Below, one piece after another: positions 12,845 to 25,749 of a stretch of DNA of 64,000 nt. Made by a program: the position numbers and the translations under genes. Every line of letters starts with the position of its first letter. The first letter of the stretch is position 1. Under the pieces are notes generated by a model. That model was not told where the DNA came from and searched no databases. It saw only the letters and a list, made by a program, of their open reading frames with translations. The DNA comes from Mobula hypostoma. Its lineage: Eukaryota. Location of the stretch: positions 248,001 through 312,000 of the forward strand of contig NC_086097.1 in NCBI RefSeq assembly GCF_963921235.1, read 5' to 3'.

Positions 12845-13410
12845 ATATATTTATAATGAATATAGAATATATCAGCACAGTACATACCTTTCGGCCCACA
12901 ATGTTAAGCCAATTTTTAACCCACTCTGAGATCAGTCTAATCCTTCCTTTCAACATTACCCTCTATTTTTTTATCATCCATGTGTTTATCTAAGAATCAC
13001 TTTAATGTCCCTAATGTATTTGCCTCTACCATCACTCTCTTTGTAAAGAACTTACCCCGACATTCCCCCTATACTTTCCTCCAATCACCAAAATTATTCC
13101 CCCTTGTATTAGCCATTTCCACCCTGAGAAAAAGCTATGCACTCAACCTATGCCTTATATCGTCTTGTATACCTCTATCATGTCACCTCTCATCCTTTTT
13201 GCTGCAAGGAGAAAAGCCCTCACTCACTCAACCTATCTTCTTAAGATAGGCCCTCCAGGCAGGGCTGCTTCCTGGTAAATCTCCTTTGCACCCTTTCTGA
13301 AGCATTGACATCCTTCCTATAATGAGGCACATAGGATTCCAAGTGTGATCTAACCAGGGTTTCATAAAGCTGCAATATTATCTTGTGGCTCTTGCGTTTA
13401 GTCCCCTGAG
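12845..13410 (-). mobile_element. Old CR1 3' end immediately downstream of the first POMT2 exon
   Basis: Reverse complement of CR1 ORF2 C-terminus and 3'UTR (cagcacagtac...tcggcccacaatg). Confidence 0.75.
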
Positions 13411-13414
13411 TGGA

Positions 13415-14055
13415 TGAGAGTGTGTCTTTGAGAACATAACAGACATATGCAACTCAAAAGCAGTGGAATTTGTGGTCTGTTAGGACTAGATCTGTACCAT
13501 TTCTGACCAATGATCCAGAATTATACAAGAAATTCACGTACAACTGGCAGAAGGTTATCTTAAGGGTGACAAAACAATTCCGATTGAGGTTGGAGACTGA
13601 ATTGCATGCGCGCCAGCTCTGGCAGGGTTTACAGGCCATTACTTCCTACAAAACGAAACCTAACCTCATGAATGGCAGTGATGTTTCACTCCCAGATAAG
13701 TTCAACACCTTTTATGCATGCTTTGAAAGGAAGAATAAAACTACGTCTATGCAAATCCTTGCAGCCTCTGGTGACACTGTGGCCTCTATCTCAGAGGCTG
13801 ATGTCATGACATCAGAACATCTTTCAAGAGGGATAACCCTTACAAGGCATCAGGCTCTGAAAACCTGTGCCAACCAACTGGTCGAATTGTTCAAGGACGT
13901 CTTCAATCTCTCACTGTTGCAGTGAGAGGTTCCCTCCTGCTTCAAAAGAGCAACAATCATACCAGTGCCTAAGAAGAGCAGGGTGAGCTGCCTCAATGGC
14001 TATCACCCAGTGGAACTCACATCTGCTGTGATGAAGTGTTTTGAGAGGTTGGTCA
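13415..14055 (+). mobile_element. Rex1/Babar LINE fragment
   Basis: RQLWQGLQAITSYK, LPDKFNTFYACFE, LKTCANQLVELFKDVFNLSLLQ. Confidence 0.8.
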
Positions 14056-17000
14056 TACATATTGGCACCAACAACATAGGTGGGAAAAGTGAGGAGGTCC
14101 TGAAAACAGACTACAGGGAGTTAGGAAAGAGTTGAGAAGCAGGATCTCAAAGGTAGCAATCTCGGGATTATTGTCTGTGCCACACGATAGTAAGCATAGG
14201 AATTGAGTGAGGTGGAGGATAAATGCGTAGCTGAGGGATTGGAGCAAGGGACAGGGATTCAGATTTCTGGCTCATTGGGACCTCTTTTGTGACACAAGGA
14301 CGGGTTGCACTTGAATCCAAGGGGGACCAATATCCTGGCAGGGAGGTTTGCTAAGGCTGTTGGGGAGAGTTTAAACTAGAATTGCTGGGGGCGTTGAAAC
14401 CGAACTGAAGAAACGGAGGAAGGGGTTGTTGGCTCACAAATTGAGAAAGCTTGTAGACAGTGTGTGAGGGAGGATGGGTAGGTGGTAGAGAAGGGATGCG
14501 CTCAGACTGATGGTTTGAGATGTGTCTATTTTAATGCAAAGAGTATCATGAACAAAGTAGATGAGCTTAGAGCATGGATCAGTACTTGAAGCTATGATGT
14601 TCTGGTCATTACAGAGAGCTGGATGGCTTAGGGACAGGAATGGTTACTTCCAGTGCCAGGCTTTAGATGTTTCAGAAAGGAAAGGGAAGGAGGTAAAAGA
14701 GGTGGGGCGTGGCACTGTTGATCAGAGATAGCGCACGGCTGCAGAAAAGGAGGAGGTTATGTAGGGGTTGTCTACTGACTCTCCGTGGGAACAGGAACAG
14801 GAAAGGGTCAATAAATCTACTGGGTGTTTTTTATATACCACCCAATAGTACCAGGGACATTGAGGAGCAGATAGAGAGACAAATGCTGGAAAGATACAAT
14901 AATAACAGGGTTGTCATGGTGGGAGATTTTAATTTCCCTAATGATTGACATTTGCCTAGAATGAGGGGTTTAGATGGGGTGGAGTTTGTTCAGGGTGTTC
15001 AGACAGAAAGGTTTCAAAAGTACATTTAATGTCAGAGAAATGTATACAATATACATCCTGAAATGCTTTTTCTTCACATCCATCCACGAAAACAGAGGAG
15101 TGCCCCAAAGAATGAAAGACAGTTAAATGTTAAAACCCCAAAGTACCCCCCCCCCAGCTCCCCTCCTTCCCGCGTGTAAGCAGCAGCAAGCAATAGTCCC
15201 ACCTCCTGACACAATATGTAGGTAAGCCTACAAGAGGAGAGGCTGTACTTAATCTGGTATTGGGAAATGAACCTGGTCAGGTGTTAGATCTCTCAGTGGC
15301 AGAGCATTTTGGAGATAGTGATCACAATTCTATTTCCTTTATCACAGCATTGGAGAGGGATAGGAACGGGAAATATAAAGTTGTCAGGCAGGAACTTGGA
15401 AGCACAAATTGGGAACAGATGTTCTCAGGGAAATGTACGGCAGAAATGTGGCAAATGTTCAGGGGATATTTGCGTGGTGTTCTGCATAGGTACGTTTCAG
15501 TGAGACAGGGAAAGGATGGTAGGGTATTGGAACCACGGTGCACAAAGGCTGCTGAAAATCTAGTCAAGAAGAAGAGAAAAGCTTACGAAAGGTTCAAAAA
15601 AACTAGGTAATGATAGGGATCTCGGAAATCATAAGGCTTGCAGGAAGGAACTTAAGAATGAAATTTGGACAGCCAGAAGAGGCCATGAGAAGGCCTTGGC
15701 GGACAAGATTAAGGAAAACCCCAAGGCGTTCTACAAGTATGTGAAGAGCAAGAGGATAAGACATGAGAGAATAGGGCCAATCAAGTCTGACAGTGGAAAA
15801 GTGTGTATGGAACCGGAGGAGATAGCAGAGGTACTTATTGAATACTCAATGGCTCCCATTAGGAACTAAACTTCCAAGGATATATGGTGTATTGGAAAGA
15901 TAGGTTAGTAGGCAGAGGGGGTGGTGTGGCCCTGTGTGTAAGAAATAATTTTAAATCGTTGGAAAGAGATGATACAGGATTGGAAGGTGTAGGGTCTCTA
16001 TGGGTTGAGTTAAGAAATGGGCAAGGGTAAAAGGACCCTCATGGCAGTTGTATATGGGCCTCCGAACAGCAGCCGGGATGTGGGCTACAAATTACAGCAG
16101 GAGATAGAAAAGGCGTGTCAGGCAATGTCATGAAAATTGTTGTGGATTTTAACATGAAAGTGGATTGGGAAGATACTAGCAGGAAGGACAGCAGGGCAGC
16201 AATGGCTGCAATTTCTGCGAAAAATACGGGAAGTGCAAGGAAGATATATTCCAAGTAAGAAGAATTTTTTGAATGGAAGAAGGATACTACCATGGCTGAC
16301 AAGTGAAGTCAGAGCCAAAGTACAAGCAAAGGAGAGGGCAAACAAGGAAGCCAGAGCCAGTGTGAAGATAAAGGATTGGGGAGCTTATAAAAACTTGCAG
16401 AAGGAAACTAAGAAGGTCATTAGGAAGGAAAAGATGAATTATGAAAGGAAGCTGGCAACTAATATCAAAGAAAATACTAAAAGCTTTTTTTAAGAATAAA
16501 AAGGGTCAAAGAGAGTTGAGGGTAGATATAGGACCAATGGAAAATGTTGCTGGAGATATTGTAATGAGAGACACAGAGATGGCAGAGGAACTGAATGCGT
16601 ATTTTGCATCAGTCTTCACAGTGGAAGACATCTGCAGTATACCGGACATTAAAGAGTGTCAGGAAAGTGATGTATGTGCAGTGAAAATTATGACCGAGAA
16701 GGTGATCAGGAAGCTTAATGGTCTGAGGGTGGATAAATCTCCTGGACCTAATTGAATTCACCCTCGGGTTCTGAAGTAACTGGAGAGATTGTGCAGGCAA
16801 TAACAATGATGTTTCAAGAATCGATAGATTCTGGCATTGTACTGGATGACTGGAAAAATGCAATTGTTACTACGCTATTTAAGAAGGGTGAGAGGCAGCA
16901 GATGTGAAATTATGAACCTGTTAGCCTGTCATCAGTGGTTGGGAAATTGTTAGAATCGATTTTTAGGGATGAGATTACAGAGTACATGGAGGCACATGAC

Positions 17001-17500
17001 AAGATAGGCCAAAGGCAGCGGTGTTTCCTAAAAGGAAAATCCTGCCTGACTAACTACTGCAATTATTTAAGGAAATTTCAAGCAGGGTAGACAAAGGAGA
17101 TGCAGTAGATTTGGTGTACTTGGATTTTCAGAAGGCCTTTGACAAGGTGCTGCACATGAGGCTGCTGTGCAAGATCAGGCCCATGGAATTACAGGGAAGT
17201 TACTGGTGTGGGTGGAGCATTGGCTGATCGGCAGAAAACAGAGAGTGGGAATAAAGGGATCCTATTCTGGCTGGCTGCCGATTACCAGTGGAGTTCCACG
17301 GGTTGGTGTTGGGACCGCTGCTTCTTACGATGTACGTCAATAATTTGGACTGTGGGATTAATGGATTTGTGGTTAAATTTGCCGATGATAAAAGATAGGT
17401 GGAGGAATGGGTAATGTTGAGGAAACAGAGAGCATGCAGAGAGACTTAGATAGTTTAGAGGAATGGGTAAGGAAGTGGCAAATGAAATACAATGTTACAT
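14056..17500 (+). mobile_element. Degenerate CR1 fragments (ORF1 esterase end, APE, RT), at least two subfamilies
   Basis: VVMVGDFNFP, FGDSDHNSI, LNAYFASVFT, DFQKAFDKV motifs. Confidence 0.85.
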
Positions 17501-19147
17501 AGAAACATAGAAAAGCTACAGCACAATACGGGTCCTTTGGCCCACAATGCTGTGCTGAACATGTACTTACTTTAGAAATTACCTGGGATTACCCATAACC
17601 CTCTATTTTCCTAAGCAACATGTACCTATCCAGGAGTCTCTTAAAAGACACTATCGTGTCTGCCTCCACTACCATCACCGGCGGCCCATTCCACACAGTC
17701 ACCACTCTCTGCATAAAAAGCTTACCCCTGACATCTCCTCTGTACCTGCTTCCAAGCACCTTAAAACTGTGCCCTTTCGTGTTCGCCATTTCAGCCCTGG
17801 GAAAAAGCCTCTGACTATCCACACAATCAATGCCTCTCATCATCTTATACACCTCTTTATGGGGTGTCAGGGAGGGGTGGCACTTCTGGTGGAGGAACAT
17901 GTCGTGTCCTTTTCAAGGCAGTTAGTCCACCTTTGGTTCCCACCTGGCACTTAGCTCTCACCTGTGGTTCCCTGTAGCTGTTTGCATGCGACAGCGGCTA
18001 CACCCCAGGCAATGACTTTGACAAGCCGGCTAAACCAGGTGAGGGTAGCCGACGGGTCTCAAACCCTCGGTGAGATAGGGAGTTGTCTATCCCAGCATGT
18101 GAAGACAGACTCTGGCTGATTGAGCGGAAGAGACCAATGGAAGGTCCAATGGTCAAGAAGGCAGTCTCTGCAAGCGTCGTGGAATGTCTAGAGCAGGACA
18201 AGATACAGAAGATGTTCTGGTCATCCACTGCGCCTGGTCCCATCTCCAGCCACCTCGACTCTGTCTTGCCACTGGACCCAGATGGGAACTGGGAAGAGAG
18301 AGTGAGGCTGACACTGCGCAACTCTCCCTCACTTAAATCCAAATCAAGTGCTAGTCTGGACACCATCTGGTATCGAGGTCCTCATCGACGTCGACGATGG
18401 ACGAACAACAACACCACCTCTATCAGGTCACCTCTCATCCTCTGCCGCTCCAAGGAGAAAAGGACTCAACCTGTTCTCATAAGGCATGCTCCCCAATCCA
18501 GGCAATATCTTTGTAGATCTCTCTGCACCCTTTCTATAGTTTCCATATCCTTCCTGTGGTGAGGAGACCAGAACTGAGTGCAGCCCTCCAAGTGGGGTTT
18601 GACCAGGGTCCTATATAGCTGCAACATTACCGCTCAGCTCTTAAACTCAATCCCACGATTGATGGAAGGCCAATGCACTAGCAGCTTTGATTGTCCTATG
18701 GACTCGGTCCCCAAGATAACTTTGATCCTCCATACTGCCAAGAGTCTTACATTAATACTATATTCTGCCATCATATTTGACCTCCCAAAATGAGCCACCT
18801 CACTGCCACTTCTGGGTTGAACTCCATCTGCCACTTCTCAGCCCAGTTTTACATCCTATTGATACCCCACTGTAACCTCTGACAGCCCTCCACACTATCC
18901 ACAACACCCCCAACCTTTGTGTCATCAGCAAATTTACTAACCCATCCCCCCACTTCCTTGTCCAGGTCATTTATAAAAATCACAAAGAGTAGTGGTCCCA
19001 GAACAGATCCCTGAGGCACACCACTGGTCACCACCCTCCATGCAGAATACAACCTGTCTACAACCACTCTTTGCCTTCTGTGAGCAAGCTAAATTCTGGA
19101 TCCACAAAGCAAGGTCCCCTTGGATCCCATGCCTCCTTATTTTCTCA
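17497..19147 (-). mobile_element. CR1 3' portion, split by an RTE-tailed element
   Basis: Minus-strand ORFs [37 protein letters not shown]; catagaaa tail at ~17497. Confidence 0.9.
17857..18414 (+). mobile_element. Non-autonomous RTE-related retroelement (SINE-like), ~560 bp
   Basis: 7-bp TSD cacctct (17850-17856, 18415-18421). The 3' end tggtatcgaggtcctcatcgacg...gatggacgaac(aac)n matches the 3' end of the RTE LINE at ~54085-54125. Confidence 0.75.
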
Positions 19148-19149
19148 GT

Positions 19150-19799
19150 GAGGAGAAGATGGTGGCGCGACGCAGCGCGCGCGGCTCCTCTGAAATGATA
19201 TGGGTATTTGTTAAGTAGGTACCATGCACAATCCTGATTTGATGGAGACAGACGTAAGAAGCACAGAGGAACATCTGGAGAAACTTCTGAAATGCCTGCT
19301 TCGCCGTTGCTGCTACTGTGTGATCAAGAATGTTCAGAGGGGAAGGCCCCAAATCCTTGGCTTTGCCTATTGCCTGTTGCCGGGGCCGAGTCGAAGTGCT
19401 CGGTGTCGGAGGGCTGGTTGGAAGCTCGAAGTTTTTGGATGGACTCAAGAGTTGGCTGTGGTCGGGTGCTTCCAGGGTGCTGCATCGGCATGTTTGCGGC
19501 GCTGGAGGTTCATGGCAAGGAGAGTTTTTCTTCCTTCTACCGTCTGCGTGAGATGATGGGACTTTCGAGAGACTTTGAGACTTTTTTTTACCGTGCCCAT
19601 GGTTTGTTCTTTATCAAATTACGGTATTGCTTTGCACTGTTGTAACTATGTTATAATTATGTGGTTTTTGTCAGTTTTAGTCTTGGTCTGTCTTGTGTTT
19701 CTGTGATATCATACTGGAGGAACATTGTATCATTTCTTAATGCATGCATTACTAAATGACAATAAAAGAGGACTGAGAGTCCTCATAATCTAATCTAAT
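19150..19799 (+). mobile_element. Non-autonomous retroelement, ~650 bp, with CpG-rich head and (taatc)n tail
   Basis: Begins ggagaagatggtggcgcgacgcagcgcgcgc, ends aataaaagagg...taatctaatctaat. A related head lies on the minus strand at ~45-120. No credible ORF or TSD. Confidence 0.6.
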
Positions 19800-20139
19800 T
19801 AGATACCTTATCTCGAGGCTGTGTCCCCTAGTTCTAGTCTCACCTATCAGTGGAAACAACTTTCCTGCCTCTATTTTACGTATTCTTTTCATAAATTTAT
19901 GTTTCTCTGAGATCTCCTCTCATTCTTCTGTTTCAGTGAGTAGTCCCAAGAGTAGTCTCTCCTCATAGTACCCTGTACAGTTGCAGCACAACTTCCCTGC
20001 TCTTCAATTCAGTCTCTGTAGCAACAAAGGCTAACATCCCATTTGCCTTCTTGATAGCCTGCTGCACCTGCAACCTTCTGTGATTCATGCACAACACTCC
20101 CAAGTTCATCATGCTCTGACACATCATTATGGATGTTAC

Positions 20140-20480
20140 ATAAACAAAAGAAAATCTACAAACACTTGAAATCCAAGCAACGTACATAAAATGCTGGAGG
20201 AATTCAACAGGCCAGGCAGCATTTGTGGAAAAGAGTAACAGTCGACTTCATCAGGACTGGAAAAAAAGATGAGAAGTCAGAGTTAGAATGTGCTGGTAGG
20301 GGAAAAGAAGTACCACGTGGTAGGTGGTAGCTGAAACTGGGAGTGGGGGAGGGCTGATGTAAAGAGCTAGGAAGTTGACTGGTGAAAGAAATAAAGGGCT
20401 GGAGAGGGTGGTAAACCATGGAAGAAGGGGAAGGAGCACCAGAGGGAGGTGGTGGGCAGGGAAGGACATAAGGTGAGAAA
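20140..20480 (-). mobile_element. PLE 3' region, hammerhead motif with internal deletion
   Basis: Reverse complement reads ccagtc ctgatga ag tc gactgt, so helix II and the GAAA box are missing, followed by the shared gctgcctggcctg...ccagcatttt module. Confidence 0.75.
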
Positions 20481-20494
20481 GGGATATCAGAGAT

Positions 20495-20935
20495 GTAATC
20501 TGGGGTCATCGAGTGTTTCAGGTCTTTCATCATCAGGCACTCTTCCCCAGGCAATTCAGTCGTGGTTGATCAAGCTATGACTTGTGTTCAGGTAGCATAT
20601 GCTGCAGATCCCCACTGACTTGTTCTCTTCATCCAGAGCCATCTTGAGGCTTTCTCTGCTGCCTGGATGATGTTGCCGATGGCTCTCTGCCTCCTTGTAT
20701 TTGAAGACACTGTCTAGTGAAGCTCCAGTAGCCTGCTTCAACGGGCATGCACTTAGACTTCTGTGACCAATTCTCACATCTGGCAAGCTTCCTGTCATGG
20801 CCCTCCTCCCATGGCACTGTCAGCTCCAACAGAATGGTGTATTTTGCTGCCTCTGAGATGAGGAGGATGTCAGGTCTCAAGCTGGTCTTGACAATATGCT
20901 GTGGGATCTTTCGTTGTTTCCCCAGGTCCGTGATT
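20495..20935 (-). mobile_element. HERO-like non-LTR retrotransposon 3' end (restriction-like endonuclease)
   Basis: IPQHIVKTSLRPDILLISEAAKYTILLELTVPWEE, a PD-(D/E)xK-type RLE motif typical of the HERO clade. Confidence 0.75.
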
Positions 20936-20939
20936 ACCA

Positions 20940-22610
20940 TAGTATAAGAGAGGAGTTGGCCAAAGTAAATTAAAAGGAACTGCTGGCATGAGTTTCTGGG
21001 AAAAATGAGGAAGGTGCAGGACAGATATATTCTAAAAGTGGAGAAATACTTAAAATGGCAAAATAATACAACTGTGACAAGGGAAATCAAAGCTAATGTA
21101 AAAACTAAAGAGAGGACATGTAACAAAGCAAAAATTAGCAGAAAGATGGAGGATTGGGAAGCTTTTAAAAACCTACAGAGAGCAACTCAAAGTATCATTA
21201 GGATAGCAAAGATGAAGTATGAAAGCAAGCTAGTAAACGATATCAAAATGGATAGTAAAAGCTTTTTCAAGTATGTGAAAAAAATAAGAGAGATGAGAGT
21301 GGCTATAGGACCGCTGGAAAATGAGGCAGAGAAATAATAATTGGGGGGACAAGGAGATGGCAGATGATCTAACTGAGTGTTTTGCATTAGTCTTTGCTGT
21401 GGAAGACACTAGCAGTGTGCCAAATGTTGTAGTGTGTAAAGGAAGAGAAATGAGTGCAGTTACTATTAAAAGGGAGAAGTTGCTCAAAAAGCTGAACGAT
21501 CTCAGGGTACTTAAGTCAAACTGACCAGATGAACTGCACGCGAGGGTTCTGAAAGAGGTAGCAGAGATTGTGGAAGCATTATCAATGATCTTTCAAAAAT
21601 CATTGGACTCGGGCATGGTGCCAGAGGACTGGAAGACTGCAAATGTCACTTCACTCTTTAAGAAAGGAGGAAGGCAGCAGAAAGGAGGAAGGCAGCAGAA
21701 AGGAATTTGTACACCATTTAACCTGACCTCAGTGGTTGGGAAGGTGTTGGAGCCAATTGTTTTAGGATGAGGTTATGGAGTACCTGGTGACACTGAACAA
21801 GATAAGACAAAGTCAGCATGGTTTCCTTAAGGGAAGATCTTGCCTGACGAACCTGTAGGAATTCTTTGAGGAGATTACAAGTACGATAAAGAAGATGCAG
21901 TCAATGTTTATTTGGACTATCAGCATGCCTTTGACAAGGTGCCACTCATGAGGCGTTTTACCAAGTTAAGAGTATTTGAGGAAGGTTGCTGGCATAAATA
22001 GAGCATTGGCTGGTTGGTAGGAGGCAGCGAGTGGTAATAAAAGGATCTTTTTCTGGTTGGCTGCCAGTGATATTCTGCAGGGTTCGGTGTTGGGACCGCT
22101 TCTTTTAATGCTGTATATCAATGATTTAGATGATGGAATAGATGGCTTTGTTGCCAAGTTTGCAGATGATACAAAGATTGGTGGGGGAGCGGTTAATGTT
22201 GAAGAAACAGGTATGCTGCAGGAAGACTTAGACAGATTAGGACAGTGGTAGCCAGAACGTACCCAGCACATCTTTAAGAAAAAAGACGAAATAAATAAGT
22301 TAATTAATTAGGTGCCGCCCGGCACGTAAATGTCGGTCCAGATTGCGTTGCCTCTGATCTGCGCCAACATTTACGTGCCGGGCAGCACCTAATTAATTAG
22401 CTTGTTTATTTTGGCTTTTTTCTTAAAGATGTTTTGGGTGCGTTCCGACTACAGCTGCCCCACTGCATTCTTCACGACAATGTATCGGTTTGTGGCCTGG
22501 AGGTTGGGGACCACTGCCTTAGGAGAATGGGCAAGAGAGTAACAAATTACGTTGTTGGAAAATGCAAAATCATACACTCTGGTAGTAGAAATAAATGTGC
22601 AGACTATTTT
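20940..22610 (+). mobile_element. Degenerate CR1 ORF2 fragment
   Basis: DSKSFFKYVK, VPEDWKTANVT, KFADDTKIGG. Confidence 0.88.
22243..22516. mobile_element. hAT (Charlie-like) MITE with a long internal palindrome
   Basis: Termini cagtggt / ggttggggaccactg. Imperfect 8-bp TSD gattagga / ccttagga. Inverted arms of ~95 bp at ~22249-22344 and ~22358-22452. Confidence 0.8.
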
Positions 22611-22611
22611 T

Positions 22612-25600
22612 ACATAAGAACATATGAAATAGGAGCAGGAGTAGGCCATCCAGCCCATCAAGCCTGCCCCGCCATTCAATAAGATCATGGCTGATCTGTC
22701 CGTAAACTCAGCTCCACCTACCTGCCTTTTCCCCAGAACCCTTAATTCCCTTACTATGTAAAAACCTATCTAATTGTATCTTAAATATATTTAGTGAAGA
22801 AGCCACACCTGCTTCCCTGGGCAGAGAATTCCACAGATTCACTACTCTCTGGGAAAAACAGTCCTCATCTCCGTCCTAAATCTCCCCTGAATCTTGAGGC
22901 AATGTCCCCTAGTTCTAGTCTCTCATACCAATGGAAACAACTTTCCTACTTCTATCTTATCTATCCCTTTCAAAATGTTGTATGTTTCTATAAGATCCCC
23001 TCTCATTCTTCTGAATTCCAGAGAGTATAGTCCCAGGCGACTCAATCTCTGCTCATAGGTTAACCCCTTCATCTCTGGAATCAATTTGGCAAACCTCCTC
23101 TGCACTGCCTCCAAAGCCAGTATATCCTTCCTCAAGTATGGAGACCAGGCTGCACACAGTACTCCAGGTGCGACCTCACCAGTACCCTGTATAGTTGCAG
23201 CATGACCTCCCTGCTCTTGAATTCAATCCCTCTAGCAATGAAGGCCAATATTCTATTTGCCTTCTCAATAACCTGTTGTACCGGCAAGCCAACTTTTTGC
23301 TATTCATGCACAAGCATTCTGAAGTCCCTCTGTACAACAGCATGCTGCAATCTTTCACCATTTAAATAATAATCTGCTCTTCTATTATTCCTTCCAAAGT
23401 GGATGATCTCACATTTACCAATGTTGTATTCCATGTGTCAGACTTTGGCCTACTCACTTAACCTAACTGTATCTCTCTGCAGGCTCTTCACATCCTCTGT
23501 ACAATTTGCTTTTCCACTCAATTTAGTGTCATCAGCAAATTTTGCAACACTACACTCAGTCCCCTCTTTCAAATCATCAATGTAAATGGTAAACAGCTGC
23601 GGGCCCAGCACCGACCCCTGCAGCACCCCACTCACCACTGACTGCCAACCAGAGAAACACCCATTTATACCAACTCTATGCCTTTTATTGGTTTACCAAT
23701 CCACTATCCATGCCAATACACTTCCTCCAGCTCCATGCATCCGTATCTTATTTATAAGTCTCTTGTGTGGCACCTTGTCAAATGCCTTCTGGAAATCCAA
23801 GTACACGACATCCACCTGTTCCCCTCTACCCACTGCACTCATTATGTCCTCAAAGAACTCCAGTAAGTTTGTCAAACAGGACCTGTCCTTTCTGAATCCA
23901 TGCTGCGTCTGTCTAATGGAACCACTCCTTTCTAAATGTCTCGCTGTTTCTTCCTTAATGACAGCTTCAGGCATTTTCCCAACTACAGATGTTAAGCTAA
24001 CTGGCCTATATTCGCCCGTCTTTTGCCTACATCCTTTTTAAAAAAAGTGACGTGACATTTGCTGTCTTCCAATCAGCCAGGACCTGCCCAGAGTCTAGAA
24101 AGTTTTGATAAATGATTACCAATGCATCTCTATAACCTCCACCAATTCCTTCAGCACCCTGGGATGCATCCCATCAGGACCAGGGGACTTATTTACCTTC
24201 AGGCCCTCTAGTTTACTCATCACTATCTCTTGAGTGACAGTGATTTTATCAAGGTCCTCACCTCCCATTTTGTCCATAACGTCCTTCTTTGGCATATTAG
24301 ATGTGTCCTCCACCGTGAAGACCGAGACAAAATAGTCATTCAATGCCTCGGCCATTTCCTTATCACCCAATATCAATATCCCCTTCTCGTCTTCCAAGGG
24401 ACCTATGTTAAATTTAGCTACCCTCTTCTGCTTTATATATTTATAAAAACTTTTGCTATCTGTTTTTATAATTTGTGCTAATTTACTTTCATACTCTATC
24501 TTCCCTTTCCTTATTTCTTGTTTAGTTGTTCTCTTGTTGCTTTTTAAAGTTTTCCCAATCCGCCAGTCTCCCACTGCTCTTTGTGACTTTGTACACATGA
24601 GCTTTTAATTTGATACTATCTTTTATTTCTTTAGTTATCCAAGGCTGGCTCTCCCCACACTTACTGTCCTTACTTTTGACTGGAATATACTTTTGTTGAG
24701 CACTATGAAAAATCTCTTTGAAACTATTCCACTGTTCCTCAACTGTCCTACCAAATAGCCTGTGCTCCCAATCCACATTAGCCAAGTCCTCCCTCATCCA
24801 GTTGTAATCTCCCTTGTTCAAGTATAAATACACTAGTTTTAGTTCTATTTCATCCTCCATCTGTATGCGAAATTCAATCGTACTATGATCAATCTTTCCA
24901 AGAGGATCCCTGACTACAAGATTGTTAATCTTACCTATCTCATTGCACAAGACTAGATCTAAGATAGTATTTTCCCTTGTAGGTTCACTAACGTACTGCT
25001 CAAGAAAGCCATCATGGATGCAATCTATGAAGTCCTCCTCAAGATTTCCTTGACCAACCTGATTCACCCAATCTATGTGGAGGTTAAAATCCCCCAGGAC
25101 AACTGCCGTTCCGTTCTTACAAGCCTCAGTTTTTCTTACTTAATCACCTCTGCCACTGCAATATTTTTATTAGGTGCCCTGTAGACAACACCCACCAGTG
25201 ATTTTTTTTCCCTTTACTATTATTAATCTCTACCCAGGTGGACTGAACATTCTGCTCCGTAGATCTTATATCGTCTCTCACAATCGCCATGATCTCATCC
25301 CTAATCAAGAGCGCCACCCCACCTCCTCTGCCTTCCTGCCCATCTTTGCATATTACCTGATACCCTTGGATATTTAATTCCCAGTCATCTCCACCTTGCA
25401 ACCAGGTTTCTGTAATGGCCACTAAATCATATGCCTTGGTACTGATCTGTGCCACAAGTTCACTAACCTTGTTTCTAATACTACGGGCATTTAGATAAAC
25501 TGCCCTTAAATTGTCCTTTTAGAATCTGGTGATCTATGCAATTTTTGCTTTTTACTTTTATGCTCTCTACTCTTACTTTTTTCTACACTAACACTAGCTT

Positions 25601-25745
25601 TGGTCTCTGCATCACTTCCCTCTTCTTTACTGTGTGGGTTTCCATCCCCCTGCCATATTAGTTTAAAGCTTCCAAAACAGCACTAGCAAACATTCTTCCT
25701 AGAACATTAATCACGGCTCTACACAGATGTAGACCGTCCGGACGG
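22612..25745 (-). mobile_element. CR1 LINE spanning the end of ORF1, APE, RT and 3'UTR (frameshifted)
   Basis: AITETWLQ, LDLVLCNE, DFQKAFDKVPHKRL, KFADDTKLSG; cataagaa tail at the left end. Confidence 0.92.
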
Positions 25746-25749
25746 TACT

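Noticed and set aside
18083..18562. 159-aa ORF as a novel gene
   Set aside because: It runs across the RTE-tailed element into antisense CR1, with no recognisable domain.
20503..20545. Hammerhead-like string in the HERO 3'UTR (minus strand gagtgc ctgatga tgaaagacct gaaa cactc)
   Set aside because: Both boxes are present, but there is no helix I and helix II does not pair. It looks like a simple 3'UTR hairpin.
21661..21704. Short tandem duplications (also 2221-2258 and 12465-12500)
   Set aside because: Two or three adjacent units without spacers; ordinary slippage, not CRISPR-like.
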